Source: Spirochaetales bacterium
GTDB lineage: Bacteria > Spirochaetota > GWE2-31-10
Assembly: GCA_022508205.1 (NCBI GenBank)
Contig: JAFLVQ010000002.1
Coordinates: forward strand, 1 to 48,907
Direction of reading: 5' to 3'
DNA: 48,907 nucleotides
The stretch's first letter is position 1; each line of letters starts with the position of its first letter. A model generated the notes under the pieces. It saw nothing but the letters and a program-made list of their open reading frames with translations, had not been told where the DNA came from and ran no database searches. The position numbers were made by a program, and so were the translations under genes. Below, one piece after another: positions 43,905 to 48,907 of this stretch.

Positions 43905-44501
43905 TTATCGTAAATATGGATTGAACTGTTTTTCTTCATCCACTGTAGTCGACGCGCCATGCCCGGGATAAAGTACCGTATCGCCATTTTCTGCCAAATT
44001 AAAAAGTTTTTCCACAGAATTTATAAGCTCGGATAAATCTCCGCCGGGGAAATCGGTGCGTCCTATGCTGCGGTAAAAAACCAAGTCCCCGCAAAAAATA
44101 CAGTGCAGATCTTCCACAAACCAGCTCATACTGTCTGCGGAGTGTCCCGGAGTCTTTACTGCCAGAATTTTGTGATCGCTTAATGTCAATTGTGTTCTGT
44201 CTGATACAGCAGTAATGCGCTGCGTATCGATAAAATCCGTAGATGCAAGCGTATATTCTACATTATTTATATTTTTTTTGGCTTCGGAAGAAGCGTAAAC
44301 TTCCACTGTCGGAAAGATGTCAAGAAATTCTCGCAGTTCTTCGATGTGATCAAAATGTACGTGAGTAATACATAAAGCTTTCGGCTGAATATTGTTTTTT
44401 TTGATGTAAGAAAGTGTTTCCGGGATGTAATCGAAAATCAGATCGTCGACAACATAACTGTTTGTTCCGATACTTCCGCCGCAAATTTTTTTTATACTCA
44501 T
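43905..44501 (-). CDS. MBL-fold metallo-hydrolase (glyoxalase II-like)
   Basis: This is a 198-aa ORF with the motif THVHFDH (HxHxDH), a later GHSADS, and a C-terminal PGHG. Confidence 0.85.
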   Translation of the reverse strand: MSIKKICGGSIGTNSYVVDDLIFDYIPETLSYIKKNNIQPKALCITHVHFDHIEELREFLDIFPTVEVYASSEAKKNINNVEYTLASTDFIDTQRITAVSDRTQLTLSDHKILAVKTPGHSADSMSWFVEDLHCIFCGDLVFYRSIGRTDFPGGDLSELINSVEKLFNLAENGDTVLYPGHGASTTVDEEKQFNPYLR

Positions 44502-44537
44502 GGCAACCTCCGCTGATTAAAATAATTTTAGAAATTG

Positions 44538-44993
44538 TTAAAACAATTTTTCCGAATCAAGAAGAATCGTTACGGGACCGTCGTTCAACAGTTCGACATT
44601 CATATCCGCCTGAAAAATTCCGGTTGCGATATTTCCCGATTTATATACGTGCTGCAATGTTTCGACAAATTTTTCATACCATTTTTTTGCCTCATCAGCA
44701 GGTGCCGATGCAGAAAAAGAAGGTCTGCGTCCTTTGCGCATATCGCCGTACAATGTAAATTGCGATACAACCAGTATATCACCGCTTATATCCTGCACAT
44801 TAAGATTCATTTTGTCATTATCATCGCTGAAAATCCGCATGTTCAGAACTTTGTCTGTAATATAATCTACATCCTTCTGAGTGTCTTTTGCCGATACACC
44901 GAGCAAAACCAAAAGCCCGGAATCGATACTGCCGACAATCCGATTGTCAACTGTTACACTGCAGCGGGAAACTCTTTGTACTACGGCACGCAT
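44538..44993 (-). CDS. dtd: D-aminoacyl-tRNA deacylase
   Basis: The protein reads MRAVVQRVSRCSVTVDNRIVGSIDSGLLVLLGV...SQFTLYGD..KGRRPSF. The ATG at 44993 lies 6 nt after GGAGA. The ORF track starts at GTG 44999. Confidence 0.9.
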   Translation of the reverse strand: MRAVVQRVSRCSVTVDNRIVGSIDSGLLVLLGVSAKDTQKDVDYITDKVLNMRIFSDDNDKMNLNVQDISGDILVVSQFTLYGDMRKGRRPSFSASAPADEAKKWYEKFVETLQHVYKSGNIATGIFQADMNVELLNDGPVTILLDSEKLF

Positions 44994-45005
44994 AAGCACT
45001 CTCCA

Positions 45006-46088
45006 TCAATCACGAATCAAAATACGCCCGTCGATTCTGATTTTTTGGTTATCGGAAATTCTTATCTGCCCGAAAACGCGTGCAAATGTTTTGTTCTCGG
45101 CAATTACCGGCTTTTCAAATGTTACCGGAAGAATTGCGTCGATGTAGCCGGCATCTTCATCGCCTAAAACCAAATTGAAACCGGTTTTACCATCGGCAGT
45201 CGCACTGTTTGCTATTTTTCCGTGCCACAAAACATACACTCCGTCGTAGACCGCGGGTTCATTCCTGATTGTTTGGTAATCGAAATTACTCTTGAAATCG
45301 GAATAATCGGGAACCTGCAAAAAACCTTTGAGATATTCGACTTTGCTTTTTACATTTTCCGATGCATTGGAAAATTTTAGTTTATTCATCAGAACAATCG
45401 CCTGATTATCGTCATTGCTCATAATTTTTTCTTTTGCCGTATCAAACATTTTGCGGACTTCGGCTTCTTTATACGAATATTGCTTATTTTCATCGGGATA
45501 ATCATTTAATACACTGGGGTTATATTCGTCAATCATAACTTTGCTTATGTCGCTGCGATAATGCTTCAACCGAATTTCGCGGTATAGCTTTGGAGTTTGA
45601 GTAATGGCGAAAAAAAGAAGAACTGCAATCAGACACCCGGCAGCGGCTCCCTGTATTATACTTTTGAAAGGAATAAAAGTTGGCTGCTTTGTACTGAGTT
45701 TTCTGATAAATTCATCTTCAAACAGCCCGATTTCACGTCCTTTTTCTTTGATATGAGCAAGAATTTTTTTTGCTGTTCTTTGATTTTTGTTAATTTCCAG
45801 AGCTTTGCACCATGAAATTATCGCATTTTCTTTTTGATTGTGACGGGCGTAAATGTAGGCAAGCCGAACATAGTCCATCGGCGTGGCTTTGCGGCGTTTG
45901 ACCAAAAGTTCGTAGTGTTTACGTGCATCGAAATAGCTTTCCAGATAAAAAGCCGCCTGTGCATGGGCACGAATTTTCTCGGCAGATTCTTTTGTATCAA
46001 AAAGATCGCATACCGTCACACTTAAAATTTTTTCATATTCATGAGAATGCAGCCAAAAGAATATTTTCAGTTTTGAAAGCGGTCCCAT
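45006..46088 (-). CDS. Hypothetical membrane protein with TPR-like N-terminal region, one TM helix and a C-terminal beta-rich domain
   Basis: The start was chosen at ATG 46088 (MGPLSKLK...), 6 nt after GGGAGG. The ORF track extends to 46154. The TM helix is AAAGCLIAVLLFFAI. No family was recognised. Confidence 0.65.
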   Translation of the reverse strand: MGPLSKLKIFFWLHSHEYEKILSVTVCDLFDTKESAEKIRAHAQAAFYLESYFDARKHYELLVKRRKATPMDYVRLAYIYARHNQKENAIISWCKALEINKNQRTAKKILAHIKEKGREIGLFEDEFIRKLSTKQPTFIPFKSIIQGAAAGCLIAVLLFFAITQTPKLYREIRLKHYRSDISKVMIDEYNPSVLNDYPDENKQYSYKEAEVRKMFDTAKEKIMSNDDNQAIVLMNKLKFSNASENVKSKVEYLKGFLQVPDYSDFKSNFDYQTIRNEPAVYDGVYVLWHGKIANSATADGKTGFNLVLGDEDAGYIDAILPVTFEKPVIAENKTFARVFGQIRISDNQKIRIDGRILIRD

Positions 46089-46199
46089 TTTCCCCCTCCC
46101 AGATAAAAAACAGATTATAATTTTATCAAACATAAAAAAATAACGGCTTAACATTTCTTTTGTAAAGAAATGAAAAGCCGCTTTTAAACAAAAAAGAAA

Positions 46200-46772
46200 C
46201 TATTTCTTTTCGTTGATTCTTTCCAAATATTCGCCTGTTCTTGTATCGATTTTCAATAAATCGCCTTCCTGAATAAACAAAGGAACTTGAATTGAAGCTC
46301 CTGTTTCGATTTCAACGGATTTTGTTGTTTTAGTAACAGTGTCGCCTTTTACTCCCGGATCCGAATGTTTAACACGCAGCTGGACAAAGTTTTCCGGAGA
46401 AACAGAAAGGACAGTGCCTTCATAGATAGAAAGTTTCACATTTCCGTTTTCCAAAACGAATTTTTCCACATCTTCGCACATTTCGGCAGGAACTTCATAC
46501 TGCTCGAATGTTTCCGAGTCCATAAATACAAAATTATCACCGTCTTTGTACGAGTAAGTTCCGTCTTTTTCAAAGACATCGACTAATTCTATTTTTTCGC
46601 CCGAACGATAGTTGTTTTCTTTTTGGTTTCCTGTTTTCATGTTTCTGGCTTTTACTTTTACAAAAGCACCGCCTTTACCCGGAGTAACATGTTGGAAAAA
46701 CATTACAGTCCAGAGATCTCCGTTTTCCTTAAATACATTGCCTTTTCTTATATCCTGTACATTAATCAGCAT
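46200..46772 (-). CDS. efp: Elongation factor P
   Basis: The protein reads MLINVQDIRKGNVFKENGDLWTVMFFQHVTPGKGGAFVKVKARN, including the conserved PGKG loop. It has a three-domain length (190 aa). The ATG at 46772 lies behind AAGGTGA. Confidence 0.93.
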   Translation of the reverse strand: MLINVQDIRKGNVFKENGDLWTVMFFQHVTPGKGGAFVKVKARNMKTGNQKENNYRSGEKIELVDVFEKDGTYSYKDGDNFVFMDSETFEQYEVPAEMCEDVEKFVLENGNVKLSIYEGTVLSVSPENFVQLRVKHSDPGVKGDTVTKTTKSVEIETGASIQVPLFIQEGDLLKIDTRTGEYLERINEKK

Positions 46773-46852
46773 AAAAGTCACCTTTTTTTCAAATAGTTTA
46801 TAAGTTTTTGCCTTATATCTTTTTTTATTATATTTGTCAAATTACGGCTTTG

Positions 46853-47785
46853 TTACGACAAATGGTAGTTTATCAGCTCAATGTTTTTTTCTTTTAATTC
46901 TTTTTCGAGAGTATCGAGATTTTCCTTAACCTTTTTGTCTTCTTCCACAAACTTAGCTGCATGACGATAATTTTTTTTATCCGCAGCTTTTTGCTCTTCT
47001 CTCATTTCATACAGTTTTCTTGTCATTATACTGCGCATAAGTTTTGCCAATTCGGCATGAGTCAAATGCTTGTATTGTTCATATTTTATCGCAGGTAAAA
47101 TTGTAATATACGGACGAATATTGCGAATCCACACACCGGCACCCGTAGGACGCACACAATTCCAGTCATCCATTATTACCGGCACAATATCTACATGACC
47201 GGTCAATGCAATTTTAAAAGCACCGCGTTTAAAACGCTGGATCTGACCGTTTTTGCTTCTTGTTCCTTCGGGGAAAACGATTATCGGCATTTCCTGTTCA
47301 AAGGCTTTCACTGTTTCCATGATTGAATCCGGTTCACCATCGGCTATTTGGTGATTTTCGGGTTTATCTTCTCCCACGACGACATTTCCGGCCAAATGCT
47401 GAATCCAACCGACAAACGGTTTTTTCATCCATTTGTCTTTGATCACAAAGCGAGATGCACCGGGCAGAATATAGGCAAGAATTACGTCGTAAATGGAAGA
47501 ATGATTTATAAGATACATGCGCTTCTCGCCTTTTTCCATTCTTCCGACGCCGTTGTTTTTCAGTATGATTGTGTGTCCTATAAATAGAAAGAAAAATATT
47601 CTGCACGCCAATTTTATACACCAAATGATTGTTTTTCTTTTTTTATCGATACCGAAAATGCAAAGCAGCAAACAGATTGGAGCAAAGATAAGAAATAATG
47701 CAGTAAATATTACGGCGAATAATCCCCAACCGTATATAGTATAAAAAATATAACGAATTTTAAAATTGTCTTGTATTTCTTTCAT
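46853..47785 (-). CDS. Lysophospholipid (1-acyl-sn-glycerol-3-phosphate) acyltransferase family protein
   Basis: It has two N-terminal TM helices, an HX4D motif (NHSSIYD), and FPEGTRS. The ATG at 47785 was preferred over the TTG at 47794. Confidence 0.85.
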   Translation of the reverse strand: MKEIQDNFKIRYIFYTIYGWGLFAVIFTALFLIFAPICLLLCIFGIDKKRKTIIWCIKLACRIFFFLFIGHTIILKNNGVGRMEKGEKRMYLINHSSIYDVILAYILPGASRFVIKDKWMKKPFVGWIQHLAGNVVVGEDKPENHQIADGEPDSIMETVKAFEQEMPIIVFPEGTRSKNGQIQRFKRGAFKIALTGHVDIVPVIMDDWNCVRPTGAGVWIRNIRPYITILPAIKYEQYKHLTHAELAKLMRSIMTRKLYEMREEQKAADKKNYRHAAKFVEEDKKVKENLDTLEKELKEKNIELINYHLS

Positions 47786-47880
47786 GTTGCACAACGTACC
47801 ATATTATTATAAATAATAAAAGTATTTTATAATTTTTAAAATCGGTCAAAAGCTTAATTTACAACGATGTAAGGGTAAAA

Positions 47881-48624
47881 ATGGACTGCGGAATAATCGG
47901 ATTTGGAAATTTTTCAAGGGTAATGGCGGAGATTTTACGTGATTTCTTTCCTTTATACTGTTACGATACCAAAACAACATACGAAGTCCCCGAATATGTT
48001 CGGCGGACGAGTTTGGAGGATACCGCCTCAAAAGATATTGTGCTATTGTCAATTCCGGTTCAATATCTCGATGCATTTTGGGCTGAAAATGCCGCATTGC
48101 TGAATAAAAACTTACAGGGAAAAATTTTCGATGTTTGTTCGGTAAAAGTAAAAACTTTACAATTGGCAAAGAAATATTTGAATCCGGAGATTTATTACAT
48201 GGGACTTCACCCGTTGTTTGGCCCCATGAGTACTAAAGGGTGCGGCGCAAAGGGACAGAATATTGTCGTTTGTCCGCCGGAAAAGGCGCGTCCGTTTGAT
48301 AATGAAGTTATACGCTTTTTAAGTGAAAATTTGTGCCTGAATGTAGTGAAAATGACAGCTGAGGAGCACGATAAAGAAATGGCATTAGTACAAGGAATCA
48401 GCCATTTTATTGCACATGGACTTGCTGATTTGGCACCGCATGTTTCAAACGTTGCCACAAAAGGATACAACAAAATGCTGGAAATGTATCAAATGTTCAG
48501 TCATGATTCACAGGATTTGTTTGTCACGCTGGAAAATGAAAACCCATTTGCAAAACCATTGCGCCGGAAATTTATCGATACGCTTCTGAGAATCGAAAAG
48601 GAATTAGAAGAGTTTGAAACATAA
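47881..48624 (+). CDS. Prephenate/arogenate dehydrogenase family protein
   Basis: This is a 247-aa ORF. It has the N-terminal dinucleotide fold CGIIGFGNFS, the motif GLHPLFGP, and HDKEMALVQGISHF (the catalytic His region of the TyrA family). Confidence 0.8.
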   Translation: MDCGIIGFGNFSRVMAEILRDFFPLYCYDTKTTYEVPEYVRRTSLEDTASKDIVLLSIPVQYLDAFWAENAALLNKNLQGKIFDVCSVKVKTLQLAKKYLNPEIYYMGLHPLFGPMSTKGCGAKGQNIVVCPPEKARPFDNEVIRFLSENLCLNVVKMTAEEHDKEMALVQGISHFIAHGLADLAPHVSNVATKGYNKMLEMYQMFSHDSQDLFVTLENENPFAKPLRRKFIDTLLRIEKELEEFET

Positions 48625-48822
48625 TTTTCTGTTTCATAAATTTTATTCCCGGTAAAAATCCATTATTTCCAATGAAAATTATCCAAATATGACAGTTTCC
48701 GAATGGGGAAAAATTACGGTAATTCGGAGTGTTCTGCCGAGTAATAGCTTCGATTTGCATGAGGTTCAAAATAAACGGACAAACCCGCGCAAGGTGCAAG
48801 TTGGATTTTAAGTGCATCAGGC

Positions 48823-48907
48823 ATGCTTCGGCTTGCAGACTTTTGCAAGAAAGTCGAAAACGATAGCAATGCTTCGGCTTGCAGACTTTCGTAAGAAGGT
48901 CGAAAAC
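48823..48907. repeat. Tandem direct repeat, two 39-nt units with a 7-nt spacer (46-nt period), running off the window end
   Basis: Unit 1 (48823..48861) is atgcttcggcttgcagacttttgcaagaaagtcgaaaac. Unit 2 (48869..48907) is atgcttcggcttgcagactttcgtaagaaggtcgaaaac, matching unit 1 at 36 of 39 positions. They belong to the same family as the inverted copy at 41364..41400. Confidence 0.85.

Noticed and set aside
48823-48907. A possible CRISPR array, because the repeat ends in GTCGAAAAC.
   Set aside because: The units are separated by only 7 nt, differ at 3 of 39 positions, and no cas genes are in the window. It is treated as a tandem and dispersed repeat instead.

Overview
This is an AT-rich bacterial chromosomal window with about 45 protein genes, one tRNA, and no rRNA, CRISPR array, transposase or integrase. 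The gene content points to a spirochete, probably a Treponema relative. The pointers are a PlzA-type two-domain PilZ receptor, a type-2 IleRS, a FemX-like transferase and many lipoproteins with relaxed lipoboxes. This taxonomic call is inference only.

The backbone is housekeeping:
- mutS
- the conserved ffh-rpsP-KH-rimM-trmD-rplS operon
- a YraN-like gene
- miaB
- ileS
- tRNA(CAT)
- efp and dtd
- plsC-like and tyrA-like genes
- azlCD with a divergent XRE-cupin regulator

Interspersed is an accessory theme of four large lipoproteins for alpha-glucan (starch, pullulan, glycogen) capture and degradation:
- a 1080-aa Ig-like/B-repeat surface protein
- a 1034-aa GH13 enzyme
- a 714-aa MalS-like GH13 amylase
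- a type I pullulanase

The most interesting signal is a pair of runs of exactly nine G on the coding strand, each within the first ~40 codons of one of these lipoprotein genes.
- The run in the surface protein (8064..8072) lies inside the signal peptide and is in frame.
- The run in the pullulanase (40954..40962) separates a perfect SD-ATG-lipoprotein signal peptide from the enzyme body by one frame.
- This is either slipped-strand phase variation (one gene ON, one OFF) or a homopolymer sequencing error.

Other items worth a look:
- a 52% GC structured intergenic island (41160..41410) that shares a ~39-nt repeat family with a tandem repeat running off the right window edge
- a chain of four genes joined by 4-nt overlaps that ties a 44-aa ORF and a lysine-rich Cys/His protein to miaB and a TPR-SPOR protein
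- a CrtI-like oxidoreductase translationally coupled to a PD-(D/E)XK-like protein

Several entries in the supplied ORF track are N-terminally over-extended. Starts were corrected by hand where an SD plus start codon was visible. TTG and GTG starts behind strong SD sequences are common here. All family assignments come from motif recognition by eye; no searches were run.
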